Shown: positions 48,342 through 59,262, counted from the stretch's first letter. The stretch: DNA of 64,000 bases from Oceanispirochaeta sp. (GCA_963666275.2 CAXXOA010000001.1:160001-224000), one strand, 5' to 3'. The notes: generated by a model from the letters alone, not told the origin. Made by a program: numbers and translations.

Positions 48342-49847
48342 ATGAATCTTTTTCTGGAAGGCTTTTCCCAGCTGTTTCATCTTTCAAATTTTATAGCCAT
48401 GAATATCGGACTTCTTCTGGGGATGATATTCGGTGCCGTGCCCGGGCTGACGGTCATACTCTGTATTGTGCTGTTTCTGCCTTTTACCTATTCCATGGGA
48501 GCCATACAGTCTTTTATGTTCCTTCTGGGAATGTACTGTGCGGGCAGTTACGGAGGATCGATTTCCGCGATCCTCATTAAAACCCCCGGAACGCCCCATG
48601 CCACAGCCACCATGCTGGACGGCTATCCCCTCTCCCGGAAAGGACAGGCTCACAAGGCTTTGAAACTGGCCCTGCAGGCTTCAACTTTCGGCGGCATCGT
48701 CAGTGCTCTCATTCTTCTTTTTCTGGCGCCTCAGGTCAGCTCTTTTGCCCAGAAGATGGGAACACCTGAATATTTTCTGGTTTGTCTTTTCGGGCTGACC
48801 ATCATTGCGGGTGTATCGGGAAAAACACTGGTCCACGGCCTTGTCTCGGGAGCTCTGGGTCTTTTCATAGCAACCATCGGGCTGGATCCCATGACAAGCA
48901 ATACACGATTTATTTTCAACAATATCAATCTGTATTCCGGTTTCGATCTGGTTATCTGTCTCATCGGTCTATTTGCTCTCAGCGAAATTCTGAATAAGAG
49001 CACTTATACGGGCAAAATCGGTGACTCCAGGCTGCATGAGGAGAGTAAAGAGAGCAATGCCATTACAAAAGCGGACTATAAACGGCTGATAAAGCCCGGG
49101 ATACTATCTTCTCTCATCGGTGTCATCATCGGCATTATCCCTGGAACAGGCGCGTCCATGGCATCCTTTGTCAGTTATGACCGGGCCAGAAAGATGAGCC
49201 GCTTTCCGGAGGAGTTCGGAAAAGGTTCCATAGAAGGCATCGTGGCGGCGGAGACTGCCAATAATGCTGTGACCGGAGCGACCCTCATTCCGCTTCTGAC
49301 TCTGGGGATTCCCGGTGACGGATCGGTTGCCATCATGCTGGGAGCCTTGATGATTAATGGGCTGACTCCCGGTCCGAAACTTTTTGTGGACCATGGAACG
49401 ACAATGTATGCCATCATGCTGGGACTGATTTTTGTGAATCTCTTTATGTTTCTCCAGGGAAAATATCTGACAAGGCTTTTTGCCAGAATTATTAAGATTC
49501 CCATTGCGATCCTGACGCCTTTGATTGTCATGTTCTGTTTTGCAGGAGCCTTTTCTGTTAAAAGCTCCATGTTCGATATCTCTGTCGCTATTGTGTTCGC
49601 CGTCTTTGCCTATGTACTGAACAAGCTGAATTTTCCCACGATTCCTGTTCTGCTGGGACTGGTTTTAGGTCCGATCACAGAAGAGAATTTCCGCAGATCC
49701 CTCATCCTTTCCGACGGCAGCTGGAGCATCTTTTTCGGCTCTCCTATTGCCATCGTCTTATGGATCCTTGTGGCTGCATCCGTCTTTGTCATCGTCAAAG
49801 GAAGAACCGGAGAAAAAGAATTGGGAGAGATCAATGAGCAGGCCTAA
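48342..49847 (+). CDS. TTT large permease (TctA)
   Basis: GAVPGL, YGGSISAILIKTPGTP, ETANNA, LLTLGIPG. Confidence 0.92.
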   Translation: MNLFLEGFSQLFHLSNFIAMNIGLLLGMIFGAVPGLTVILCIVLFLPFTYSMGAIQSFMFLLGMYCAGSYGGSISAILIKTPGTPHATATMLDGYPLSRKGQAHKALKLALQASTFGGIVSALILLFLAPQVSSFAQKMGTPEYFLVCLFGLTIIAGVSGKTLVHGLVSGALGLFIATIGLDPMTSNTRFIFNNINLYSGFDLVICLIGLFALSEILNKSTYTGKIGDSRLHEESKESNAITKADYKRLIKPGILSSLIGVIIGIIPGTGASMASFVSYDRARKMSRFPEEFGKGSIEGIVAAETANNAVTGATLIPLLTLGIPGDGSVAIMLGALMINGLTPGPKLFVDHGTTMYAIMLGLIFVNLFMFLQGKYLTRLFARIIKIPIAILTPLIVMFCFAGAFSVKSSMFDISVAIVFAVFAYVLNKLNFPTIPVLLGLVLGPITEENFRRSLILSDGSWSIFFGSPIAIVLWILVAASVFVIVKGRTGEKELGEINEQA

Positions 49848-51195
49848 TATTGTTTTCTACTTTTCCGACCAGCAGAGGGCGGATACATGCGGATGCTATG
49901 GCCAGGAACTGGATATCACACCCGCACTGGATGCCCTGGCCGACCAAGGGATCCGGTTTGAGAATGCTTTCACGCCCCAGCCTGTCTGCGGACCCTGCCG
50001 GGCGATATTCCAGACTGGTTTATACGCCACCACTTCCGGGTGTTTCAGAAACAACATAGCCCTACCGGCGGACGTGCCCACCCTGGGGGAATACTTTACG
50101 GAAAAGGGCTATGAAACCGCCTATGTCGGGAAATGGCATCTTGCTTCAGAGGGCGATCTGGAGTCGAAGCCTACCGTGGATTATCACAGGAAGGCTGTAC
50201 CACTGGAAAGGAGGGGAGGATATCGGGGGTTCTGGAGAGCCGCTGATGTGCTGGAGTTCACTTCGGATGGATACGGAGGCTATGTTTTTGATGAAAACAT
50301 GGAAAAGAGATCTTTCCAAGGGTACCGAACCGACTGTATTACAGATTTTGCCCTGGAATTTCTGGATACCAGGAATCGGGAAAAGCCTTTTTTTCTGACA
50401 GTTTCCCATATAGAGCCCCATCATCAGAATGACGCCGGCCACTATCAGGGGCCTCCCGGTTCGAAAGAACGGTTCCGGGACTGTGCTCTGCCCGAGGATC
50501 TTCAGGCCCTTGCCGGGGACTCTCTGGAGGAGTATCCCGATTATCTGGGGGCCTGTGAAAAAATTGACTGGAACCTGGGGAGGCTGATTCAAAAGCTGAA
50601 GGATCAGGGCATCTATGAGGATACGGTGATCCTTTTCACATCCGATCATGGTTCCCATTTCAGAACAAGAAACAGGGACGGTCATTTACACGGCTATGAC
50701 GATTACAAAAGAACCGGTCATGATGCGGCCCTGCGGGTTCCCCTTGTGATCAGAGGAGGCCGATATCTGGGAGGGCAGGTCGTAGATGATCTTGTCAGTA
50801 CCGGGAGCATTCCCAGGACCCTGATGGCTGTTGCGGGCATAAAGGAAAAATCCCCTATGATCGGGGAGGATCTGATCGATGTGGTTCAGGGACAAGGGCA
50901 GAGGGATAATGCGGTTTTTGCCCAGATTTCTGAGAGCCGCGTCGGAAGAGTTGTACGGACAGCAGACTACACCTATGCGGTTTATGCTCCGGATAAACAG
51001 GGGGGGCTGCACAAAGACAGTGATGTCTATGCTGATGACTATATGTATGATCTGCGTAAGGATCCCGGTCAGCTGACAAATATTGTCGATCATCCGGATT
51101 ATGCTGAAGCGAAAGAAGCACTCCGGGAGAAACTGCTGAACTGGATTCATGAGGCGGAATACCAGGGCCGGCACAATATTGTCCGCATTGTCTGA
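49834..51195 (+). CDS. Formylglycine-dependent (Cys-type) sulfatase
   Basis: RPNIVFYFSDQQRAD, CGPCR (CxPxR), GKWHL, SDHG; start moved to ATG 49834. Confidence 0.9.
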   Translation: MSRPNIVFYFSDQQRADTCGCYGQELDITPALDALADQGIRFENAFTPQPVCGPCRAIFQTGLYATTSGCFRNNIALPADVPTLGEYFTEKGYETAYVGKWHLASEGDLESKPTVDYHRKAVPLERRGGYRGFWRAADVLEFTSDGYGGYVFDENMEKRSFQGYRTDCITDFALEFLDTRNREKPFFLTVSHIEPHHQNDAGHYQGPPGSKERFRDCALPEDLQALAGDSLEEYPDYLGACEKIDWNLGRLIQKLKDQGIYEDTVILFTSDHGSHFRTRNRDGHLHGYDDYKRTGHDAALRVPLVIRGGRYLGGQVVDDLVSTGSIPRTLMAVAGIKEKSPMIGEDLIDVVQGQGQRDNAVFAQISESRVGRVVRTADYTYAVYAPDKQGGLHKDSDVYADDYMYDLRKDPGQLTNIVDHPDYAEAKEALREKLLNWIHEAEYQGRHNIVRIV

Positions 51196-51293
51196 AAGAA
51201 GCTTTGATTTGCCGTGTCAGTTTTGTTTGACCGGCAAATATGACTCTGTTATTCTGAATCATCGTGGAAGAACTGGAACAGTCCATCAGTAAT

Positions 51294-52403
51294 ATGAACC
51301 AGCGTAAGAAATATCTCAGGATCTATGATTATCTGAAAATTTTTATTGATCAGAATAAATTCACTCTGAACAATAAGCTCCCTTCAGAAAATTTTCTCTG
51401 CGGGAAATTTTCAGTCAGCCGCGAAACAGTCCGAATGGCGATGAAGCTGCTTATGGATGAAGGTCTTGTTTACTCCCGGAAGGGAAGCGGGACCTATTTT
51501 GACAAATATGCAGCAATTTCCGCTCCTGATATAGGGGATACCGATAAGACAAGAATCGCTTTTATAACACAGGGAAGGGACTATAACACAAGCTCCAATC
51601 TTGTGCGGGGGATTAAACAGGCTCTGGACAGAGACTCGGTTGAATTGAAGATCTTTATGACTGACAACAAACTGTCCAATGAGCGGAAGTGCCTGGAATC
51701 CTGCTATTCCGGGTATGACGGATTGATCGTGGATGGAGTGAAAGCCAGCATCATGAATCCCAATCTTGACTGCTATTCCTATATAGATAAAAAAAACATT
51801 CCCATTATTTTTTTCAATAACTACTACATGGGAACCCATTACCCCAGGGTCATCATCGATGATGCCGCCTGCGCCGACGGTCTGATAAGGCGATTGACAG
51901 AAAAAGGTCATAAACATATTGCCGGAATATTTATGTACGATAATTATCAGGGTCAGGAGAAATACAACGGGTTTATGAAATCCCTCATAAAATACGGGGC
52001 GGAATTCAGGGATGATTATGTGAAGTGGTGTATTTCCGATGAGAGCTATGATAAAAAAAGCTTCCCCCTGAGCTTATGGCACTTCCTTAAAAAGCTTCCG
52101 AAAGTCACAGCTGTCGTTTGCTGCAATTATATGATCCTGAATATGATGCTGGAGCTTTTTGAAGAAAAAGGCATCTCTGTTCCCCGTGACTACTCTATTG
52201 TGGGGTTTGACTATTCCTGTTCGGACTGGCCGAACAGGGGGATCACCGCATCCATTCACCCGGGGTTTGATATGGGAGTGTACGTGGGGGATACCATCCT
52301 GCAAATGGTAGAAGACAATAACTTTAGAAAGAGAGATTATTCCTATGTCTTCCCTCCCAACATTTTTGACGGGACCTCTGTGAAGGATCTTAATCGTCAG
52401 TGA
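51294..52403 (+). CDS. GntR-HTH / LacI-type sensor regulator (AraR-like)
   Basis: KLPSENFLCGKFSVSRETVRMAM...GSGTYF; VPRDYSIVGFD. Confidence 0.88.
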   Translation: MNQRKKYLRIYDYLKIFIDQNKFTLNNKLPSENFLCGKFSVSRETVRMAMKLLMDEGLVYSRKGSGTYFDKYAAISAPDIGDTDKTRIAFITQGRDYNTSSNLVRGIKQALDRDSVELKIFMTDNKLSNERKCLESCYSGYDGLIVDGVKASIMNPNLDCYSYIDKKNIPIIFFNNYYMGTHYPRVIIDDAACADGLIRRLTEKGHKHIAGIFMYDNYQGQEKYNGFMKSLIKYGAEFRDDYVKWCISDESYDKKSFPLSLWHFLKKLPKVTAVVCCNYMILNMMLELFEEKGISVPRDYSIVGFDYSCSDWPNRGITASIHPGFDMGVYVGDTILQMVEDNNFRKRDYSYVFPPNIFDGTSVKDLNRQ

Positions 52404-52415
52404 GATCCGGAAAGT

Positions 52416-52958
52416 TCATTCATAGGCGAAGATATTAAAATATTTAATGATCTCCGTTACGGGGGTAATTTTATGGGGTATGGAAGATTTAAAATAGAGG
52501 CCCTCACCGGATTTCACTATATAGGTGCTAGTGCCTATTGAGCACTGGGCTTCTCCCTCCAGTATGTATATGAATTCCTCGCCGTCATGCTGAAGGACTT
52601 TTTCTATGAATTCTTCCCTTCTGACTTCGTAGTAGAACGGTTGGAGTTTTTTGCTGTAGAAGTTGGCCGCAATAGGGACGTAAGAGTAACCTCTTTCAGT
52701 AGGAACAAGCATATTCTTGAGCTTATCCAGTTCAAAAGTCACAATATCCTGTTTGTTACTGGGTTCTTCCAGTAGTTCTGTTACCGTGCTTTCGAGTACT
52801 GTCGCTATTTTGTAGAGCGTGGATATCGGAGGCGTGACTTTCCCGTTTTCTATTTTTGAAAGTAGACTTTTTGAAAATCCCGCGAGATCCGCTGTTTCCT
52901 GCAGGGTATATCCTTTATTTGATCTTGCTCTTTTTATCCGTATTCCCAATTCTTTCAT
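52416..52958 (-). CDS. XRE-family HTH-cupin regulator (copy A)
   Basis: TLQETADLAGFSKSLLSKIENG; HDGEEFIYILEG...PH cupin. Confidence 0.9.
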   Translation of the reverse strand: MKELGIRIKRARSNKGYTLQETADLAGFSKSLLSKIENGKVTPPISTLYKIATVLESTVTELLEEPSNKQDIVTFELDKLKNMLVPTERGYSYVPIAANFYSKKLQPFYYEVRREEFIEKVLQHDGEEFIYILEGEAQCSIGTSTYIVKSGEGLYFKSSIPHKITPVTEIIKYFNIFAYE

Positions 52959-53147
52959 TACTATAAATATACGTGTGTGTTGAATTTTGCTCAACAACTA
53001 TTTTAATATATTGAAACATTTTTTGTTATATCAAACGCCTGGTACACTTTTTTGTGCTGTTGGTTGAATTCAGATCTACTTTTTCAAGGTCTGGTGCAAC
53101 TGCATAACCTCCTGATCTTCTCGGATGATCAGGAGCGGACCGGAGGT

Positions 53148-54428
53148 TTAACCCGCAAGAAGGCCGGGAAGCCACAGGGACAGTTCAGGAATATAGGTAA
53201 TCAGCATAAGCAATAGGAACATGCCGATAAAGAAGGGTATAAATCCCCGGAATGCCTGCTTCATATTAATTCCCGCAATTGAGCAGCTCACAAACAGACA
53301 GGATCCCACCGGTGGTGTGAATAGTCCTATCCCCAGGTTTGTTACCACAATAACCCCGAAATGGATTGGATCCACACCAAGATGAAATGCTATGGGTGCA
53401 AGGACAGGGACAAATATGATCATAGCCGGAGTCAGGTCAAGGATGGCTCCTGCCACCAGAAGGATCACGTTGAAAAACAACAGAATCAGAACCTTGCTGC
53501 TTGTAATGCTCAGAAGAAATTCAGATATGATTATGGGAAGTCTCTGACTGGTAATGATCCAGCTGAATACATTTGCCGTACCTACCATCAGCATGACCAT
53601 GCCTGTGATTTTTATGGTTTCCACGAACATCGCCGGGAGATCTTTCAGTTTAATTTTCTTGTAGACGAAAAAACCGACGATAAAGGAATAGATTACAGCC
53701 AGTACCGCAGCTTCTGTAGGTGTTACTATCCCCGAAATAATCCCGCCCAGAACAATGACAATCGACATTAACGGGATAATACTGTCAAGTGTAATGAGTA
53801 CCGCTTCTTTGAACGTGTAGGCTTTATCCCGCGGATAATCTCTTTTCTGGGAAATGAGACCGCTGATAAACATCAGAACGAGTCCCACCAGCAGGCCGGG
53901 AATGGCTCCGGCAATGAAAAGGGTTCCTACGGATTGATTCATGAGTATTCCGTAAATAACCATGGGAATGCTGGGGGGAATCAGTATTCCTATGACAGAT
54001 GAAGTGGCAGTTACAGATACCGAGAAATCTTTATCGTATCCTTTCTTTGTCATGGAAGGAATCAGTATCGAGCCGATGGATGAGGAATCTGCTGTGGCTG
54101 ATCCTGTTATTCCCGCAAACAGCATGCTGACAACGATGTTTATGTAGGCAAGCCCCCCTTTGAAACGCCCGACCACTATAGAGGAGGCTTTGATCATTCT
54201 GTTGGAGATCCCGCCGCTGGCCATGATTTTTCCAGCCAGGATAAAAAACGGTATAGCTAACAGGGTGAATGAGTCCAGGCCTGAATAAAGCCTCTGCGGG
54301 ATCATTATGAGAGGTGTTATATTGGTTGCTTTCAGCCAGATGGCAGATGAAATACCCAGGACGAATCCCACCGGGACAGAAAGAATGACAAAAAGCAGAA
54401 AGCAGATGAAAAGCAATCCGAGCATCAT
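53148..54428 (-). CDS. TRAP transporter large permease DctM
   Basis: LLAIPFFILAG, GSATADSS, LIPPSIPM, TPTEAA, TPPVG. Confidence 0.93.
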   Translation of the reverse strand: MMLGLLFICFLLFVILSVPVGFVLGISSAIWLKATNITPLIMIPQRLYSGLDSFTLLAIPFFILAGKIMASGGISNRMIKASSIVVGRFKGGLAYINIVVSMLFAGITGSATADSSSIGSILIPSMTKKGYDKDFSVSVTATSSVIGILIPPSIPMVIYGILMNQSVGTLFIAGAIPGLLVGLVLMFISGLISQKRDYPRDKAYTFKEAVLITLDSIIPLMSIVIVLGGIISGIVTPTEAAVLAVIYSFIVGFFVYKKIKLKDLPAMFVETIKITGMVMLMVGTANVFSWIITSQRLPIIISEFLLSITSSKVLILLFFNVILLVAGAILDLTPAMIIFVPVLAPIAFHLGVDPIHFGVIVVTNLGIGLFTPPVGSCLFVSCSIAGINMKQAFRGFIPFFIGMFLLLMLITYIPELSLWLPGLLAG

Positions 54429-54931
54429 GATTGAGTTTCTCCTATCTGGTAATCGAGTACAGCAAAGACAATATGGAACAGAGAATAGACGGCCATAAGA
54501 AAAAAGGCAAAGGGGATAACCGAATAGACCACGCCCATGGATATTCTTGAAACCGGGGCGACCTGCTTAGCTGCAATTCCCAGCAGTTTAAGTCCCTGTG
54601 CGGTAACAACAATACTGAAAACGAAAATGAGAACTTGTATAAAGATATTCAGTATCAGAACCCCAAGGGGGCTCAGTTTTTCCGAAATGATATCAAGGCG
54701 TATATGGCTGTTGTCTTTCATGACCATGGCTGCCCCCAGGAAGGATATCCAGATGAACAGAAAACGGCTGATTTCATCGCTGAAGGCGATGGGGAACTGA
54801 AAGACATATCTGGATAGAATCTGTATTGTCGTAAATAGTATGACTATCAGGAACAGGAATACGGCAACAATATTTACCGTAACATCCATTATATCCCTGA
54901 CTCTTTTTATGATGGGTCGAATCCTTTCCAT
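54425..54931 (-). CDS. TRAP transporter small permease DctQ
   Basis: SDEISRFLFIWISFLGA, HIRLD. Confidence 0.92.
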   Translation of the reverse strand: MERIRPIIKRVRDIMDVTVNIVAVFLFLIVILFTTIQILSRYVFQFPIAFSDEISRFLFIWISFLGAAMVMKDNSHIRLDIISEKLSPLGVLILNIFIQVLIFVFSIVVTAQGLKLLGIAAKQVAPVSRISMGVVYSVIPFAFFLMAVYSLFHIVFAVLDYQIGETQS

Positions 54932-54985
54932 TTTTACTCCTTGAAAAGCTGGACGGGAGCCTGTTGAGGCTCCCTTTCGGTTGTA

Positions 54986-55978
54986 TTATTGAGTAACTTT
55001 CATTGCCGCATCAATAATTTCCTTCCCAACCAGATCGGCATTCTCATAGATAATATCCTTTACTGCCATTCTGAAATCTGAAAGGTCCAGATCATTTATT
55101 TTCATACCTTCCGCTGTAAGATCTCCCAGGACACTTTCTTCGAGTTCATTCCAGAGCTCCCATTCGTATTTCTGAGTCTCCTGTGCTGCGGCTTTTACTG
55201 TTTTTTTCTGATCATCCGTAAGGGAATCAAAAACCGGTTTGCTGATGATGACCACATTCAAGTCATAGAAATGGTTTGTCATGGAATAGTAATCGGATAC
55301 TTCGTAAAATTTCTGGGCAAACAGGGCAACGGGAGGTTGTTCTGCTCCGTCGACAACCCCCTGTTTCAGGGCGGAATACAGTTCGCTGTAGGCAATGGGG
55401 GTAGCCAGGGCGCCCAGGGTGTTTATCGCTTCAATCATGATGGGATCATTCATAACCCGGATTTTCAGACCTGAAAGATCTTCCAGGGATTCTATCGGTC
55501 TTTTTCCGTTGAAGATACTTCGGAATCCCGTATCGTAATAGGCCAGAAGTTCAAATCCCGCATCATTAAGGCTGGACTGCAGTATTTCGCCGACTTCTCC
55601 CTCCAGAGCGGCTTTTACTTCGTCTTTGGAGACAAATACATAGGGGAGGCTGAAAATGCTGAATTCCGGACAGAAGGAACTCAGGGCTGCGGCTGATACT
55701 TTTGCAATTTCTATAGTACCGCTCTGCATACCTTCAAGAGATTCCCGTGCTCCTCCCAGCTGGCTGTTGGGGAAAACCTGAACTTCTAGATCTGATGACT
55801 CGTTCTGGTTTATCAGATCCGCAAAATAATTGTCTGCCTGTACATGGGGATTGTCTTCGGATACCTGGTCCGAGAACTTCAACAGCACTTTGCTCTGTTC
55901 TGATGACCCGTTGGCAAACAGCCCGGTTGCGACTAATGCCATTACCAAAAGGACGCCAAAAAAAAATTTCCTATTCAT
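54986..55978 (-). CDS. TRAP transporter substrate-binding protein DctP
   Basis: VFPNSQLG, GLKIRV, ELYSALKQGVVDGAE; AAGGAG RBS before ATG 55978. Confidence 0.92.
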   Translation of the reverse strand: MNRKFFFGVLLVMALVATGLFANGSSEQSKVLLKFSDQVSEDNPHVQADNYFADLINQNESSDLEVQVFPNSQLGGARESLEGMQSGTIEIAKVSAAALSSFCPEFSIFSLPYVFVSKDEVKAALEGEVGEILQSSLNDAGFELLAYYDTGFRSIFNGKRPIESLEDLSGLKIRVMNDPIMIEAINTLGALATPIAYSELYSALKQGVVDGAEQPPVALFAQKFYEVSDYYSMTNHFYDLNVVIISKPVFDSLTDDQKKTVKAAAQETQKYEWELWNELEESVLGDLTAEGMKINDLDLSDFRMAVKDIIYENADLVGKEIIDAAMKVTQ

Positions 55979-56039
55979 CAATATCTCCTTTTTTAGTGGT
56001 CCAACCACTTTGATTGTATATTAATTTCCCTTTTTGTAT

Positions 56040-56147
56040 TTACCAGGTTATCCAGTTTCAATCACTGTAAGCATTCGCCCGGGATCTTCTAAAGGAATCC
56101 CATCTATCACCGGTGAAACTGTTATTGAGAATCTCTTCTCAACTTCC
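56040..56147 (-). pseudogene. Remnant C-terminus of a paralog of the 63023..63691 aldolase-fold gene
   Basis: GS*EEILNNSFTGDRWDSFRRSRANAYSD*NWITW* aligns without gaps to GLWKQFLNNNFTQDRWDSFQKAWSASYGDRNWISG* (17/35 identical, two internal stops). Confidence 0.85.
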
Positions 56148-56237
56148 CGCAACCGCCTGTCATATTTGGATGAAAAAAATCGTAATATTCGGTACTTTAA
56201 GGTTTCATGTGCGGTTGAATTATGGTTTATTTAATTG

Positions 56238-56267
56238 ATTTTATTTCAACAACAGGAAGATAGTCAA
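56238..56267 (-). promoter_or_regulatory. Sigma70-like promoter of TRAP module A, homologous to 63792..63821
   Basis: TTGACT, 18 nt, TAAAAT with a TGTTGAA half-site in the spacer. Confidence 0.6.
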
Positions 56268-56402
56268 ACCTAATTATGAAAAAATATTTGAGTATAAAAT
56301 TATAAATATATTTCCTGTGAAATTAAATTAGTTTTATATAAATACTTATATTAAAATAATATAGAATTTTTATTTTGAGAGGGTTTTAATTGTTTCAATA
56401 TA

Positions 56403-56419
56403 ATTCAACAATGTTGAAT
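56403..56419. promoter_or_regulatory. Palindromic operator, probable XRE-cupin site
   Basis: ATTCAACAATGTTGAAT; the 15-bp core is identical to 63956-63970. Confidence 0.7.
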
Positions 56420-56466
56420 AGTAAGAATCTTTTGGTCTGTTTGGTTTAGTGGTTTATCCTGTTCTT

Positions 56467-57009
56467 TTACTCATAGGCAAAAATATTGAAATATTTTATG
56501 AGATCCGTAAGAGGGGTAATTTTGTGAGGTATCAGGGAATTGAAGAACAGACCTTCTCCAGATTTCACGATATATGTATTGCTGCCGATAGAGCACCTGG
56601 CTTTACCGTCCAGAATGAATATGAACTCCTCTCCTTCATGCTGAAGCACTTTCTCAATGAATTCCTCACGGCGGACCTCGTAGTAGAAGGGCTGAAGCTT
56701 TTTACTGTAGAAATTGGCGGCGATCGGTACAAAAGAGTATCCCCGCTCTGTGGGGACAAGGAGGCTTTCGAGTTGATCGAGCTTGAAGGATACAATGTCC
56801 TGTTTGCTGCTCGGTTCCTCCAGAAGTTCTGTAAGAGTGCTATCCAGGACTGCGGCAATCTTATGGAGTGTTGAAATCGGGGGAGTGACTTTTCCGTTTT
56901 CAATTTTAGAGATAAGGCTTTTGGAATACCCAGCCAGATCTGCTGTCTCCTGCAGGGTATATCCCTTTTTTGATCTTGCTTTTTTTATGCGTATGCCGAT
57001 TTTCTTCAT
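56467..57009 (-). CDS. XRE-family HTH-cupin regulator (copy B)
   Basis: 149/180 aa identical to copy A by manual count. Confidence 0.9.
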   Translation of the reverse strand: MKKIGIRIKKARSKKGYTLQETADLAGYSKSLISKIENGKVTPPISTLHKIAAVLDSTLTELLEEPSSKQDIVSFKLDQLESLLVPTERGYSFVPIAANFYSKKLQPFYYEVRREEFIEKVLQHEGEEFIFILDGKARCSIGSNTYIVKSGEGLFFNSLIPHKITPLTDLIKYFNIFAYE

Positions 57010-57120
57010 AGTTTTCCGGAATGTATTTTGCCGATAGGGAGCCTGCAGCCCGATTGATTCCAATAGAGTCTGTTCTCCCGTCGGATGAATATCAGTCCGA
57101 CGGAAGAATGCTGTATCTCT

Positions 57121-58404
57121 CTATTTCCAGTGCTTTTCCATTCTTTTTCTGAGGTCTTTTTTATACTCTTCCCAGTCGGATATAGGCTCTTTTGCCAGTC
57201 CTTCATCACAGGCTGCTTTGGCAACAGCAACAGCTTCCCATTCGATGACTCTGGGATCGAAGGGTTTGGGCACTACGTAGTCTCTGCCGAATGTAAAATC
57301 CCGGCCGTAGGCTTTTCTGACTTCATCCGGTACAGGTTGTTTCGCCAGCTCCGCCAGGGCCCTGGCGGCTGCCATTTTCATTCCTTCGGATATCTTTTTT
57401 GCCTTTACATCCATAGCTCCCCTGAAGATAAAGGGAAATCCCAGGACATTGTTTACCTGGTTGGGGAAGTCGCTTCTTCCTGTTCCCATTATGATGTCAT
57501 CCCGTGTGGCATGAGCCAGGGCCGGATCGATTTCGGGATTGGGGTTTGCCATAGCGAAAATAATAGGTTTGGGTGCCATGGATTTGATCATGCTTTCGGT
57601 CAGGCAGTCAGCTACGGACAGTCCGATAAAGACATCCGCTCCTTCGATGGCTTCTTCTAGGGTTCTCTTTTCAGTTTCCGCAGTAAATTCTTCCTTTTCC
57701 GGAGTCATTTTTCTGGTTCGTCCCTTATAGATCACCCCGGCTGAGTCCAGTAGGAGCATGTTTTCTTTTTTGATCCCTGCGGCTAAGAACATTTTTGAAC
57801 AGCTGATACCGGCAGCACCGGCTCCGTTTACCACAATTTTCAGCTCGTCCAGTTTTTTACCCTGCACTTCTGCTGCATTGATCAGCCCAGCCGTCGCAAT
57901 GATCGCCGTTCCATGCTGATCGTCATGAAATACGGGGATATTGCATTTCTCAATGAGAGCCTGTTCTATTTCAAAGCATTCGGGAGAACCAATATCCTCC
58001 AGATTGACTCCCCCGAAAGTGGGCTCCATGGTTTTTACTATTTCAATAATTTTTTCCGGATCTTTCGTGTCCAGTTCTATATCAAAGACATCAATATCGG
58101 CAAATCTTTTAAAAAGGACACCTTTGCCCTCCATGACAGGTTTGCTGGCCAGGGCTCCTCTGTTCCCCAGTCCGAGGATAGCAGTTCCGTTGGACACGAC
58201 GGCCACGAGATTGCCCTTGTTGGTATAACGGAAGGCATCGCTGGGATTTTCCGCTATTTCAAGAACGGGATGTGCCACTCCGGGAGAATAGGCCAGTGTC
58301 AGGTCGTCGGAAGTTCTGCATGGCTTGGAAGCTATGACTTCCAGTTTTCCCGGCTGGTTGTTCTGGTTGTGGTATTCCAGTGCCTTCTTTTTCATGTCGT
58401 TCAT
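57121..58404 (-). CDS. NAD(P)-dependent malic enzyme
   Basis: LAYSPGVA, SNGTAILGLG, KPVMEGK, NLEDI, FHDDQHGTA, GAGAAG, FAMANP, NQVNN; no PTA domain. Confidence 0.93.
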   Translation of the reverse strand: MNDMKKKALEYHNQNNQPGKLEVIASKPCRTSDDLTLAYSPGVAHPVLEIAENPSDAFRYTNKGNLVAVVSNGTAILGLGNRGALASKPVMEGKGVLFKRFADIDVFDIELDTKDPEKIIEIVKTMEPTFGGVNLEDIGSPECFEIEQALIEKCNIPVFHDDQHGTAIIATAGLINAAEVQGKKLDELKIVVNGAGAAGISCSKMFLAAGIKKENMLLLDSAGVIYKGRTRKMTPEKEEFTAETEKRTLEEAIEGADVFIGLSVADCLTESMIKSMAPKPIIFAMANPNPEIDPALAHATRDDIIMGTGRSDFPNQVNNVLGFPFIFRGAMDVKAKKISEGMKMAAARALAELAKQPVPDEVRKAYGRDFTFGRDYVVPKPFDPRVIEWEAVAVAKAACDEGLAKEPISDWEEYKKDLRKRMEKHWK

Positions 58405-58491
58405 ATTTTATTCCTTTGAGTCTTGTTTCTTATTGTCTGTTCAATTTGATTTTAAGTTCAGATTTCAGAGTCCTGTGAACTCCGTATAAAA

Positions 58492-59262
58492 TTACAGAGC
58501 CGTCATTCCTCCGTCTATAACCAGTTCCGATCCTGTCATGAAAGAAGATTCCTCCGATGCCAGAAACAGAATCCCTGCTGCAATTTCAACCGGCCGAGCA
58601 AATCTGTTTAAAGGGGTCTGGCTGAGTCTTTTTTCTCTGATTTCCGGATCGGAATGGATGTCTTTTGTCATCGGAGTGTCCGTAAAGCCGGGAAAAACGG
58701 CATTTATCCTGATATTAGATGAGGCATACTGTATAGCCGCTGTACGGGAAAGGGCTCGGCAAGCCCCTTTACTCGCCGAATAGGAGGTCGTTTTCTGGGT
58801 TCCCACCAGGCCGTATACGGATGAGACATTGACGATAGAACCTCCTCCCGTTCTGACCATTTCGGGGATGACATGCTTCATCCCCAGAAAAACCCCGGTA
58901 CTGTTGATGCTGAATACTTTATCCCAGGCATCCAGGGTTGTCTCCGTAAGAGCTGGTCTTACCAGCGGGCCGCCCACGCCGAAAGCGTTCACCAGTACAT
59001 CGATCCGTCCGAATCTTTTTACCGATTTTTCCACGGCCTGAATCCAGTTCTGTTCCGCAGAAGCGTCGCAGTCAAAGAATTCTGAAGGAATTCCGGTTTC
59101 CGTAAGTTCTTCCGCTACCTTCGTCCCTTCAGGTCTTTTGATATCCAGAATCGCTATCCCGTCAGGATTCTCTGTGGAAAAGAGGCGGCATGTTTCGGCG
59201 CCAATGCCTGTAGCCCCTCCCGCGACAAGAATGATTTTGCCAGTTAATCTTCCGTTCTTCAC
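58492..59262 (-). CDS. SDR-family oxidoreductase
   Basis: AGGATGIG, NVSS, YSASK, VIDGG. Confidence 0.92.
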   Translation of the reverse strand: MKNGRLTGKIILVAGGATGIGAETCRLFSTENPDGIAILDIKRPEGTKVAEELTETGIPSEFFDCDASAEQNWIQAVEKSVKRFGRIDVLVNAFGVGGPLVRPALTETTLDAWDKVFSINSTGVFLGMKHVIPEMVRTGGGSIVNVSSVYGLVGTQKTTSYSASKGACRALSRTAAIQYASSNIRINAVFPGFTDTPMTKDIHSDPEIREKRLSQTPLNRFARPVEIAAGILFLASEESSFMTGSELVIDGGMTAL

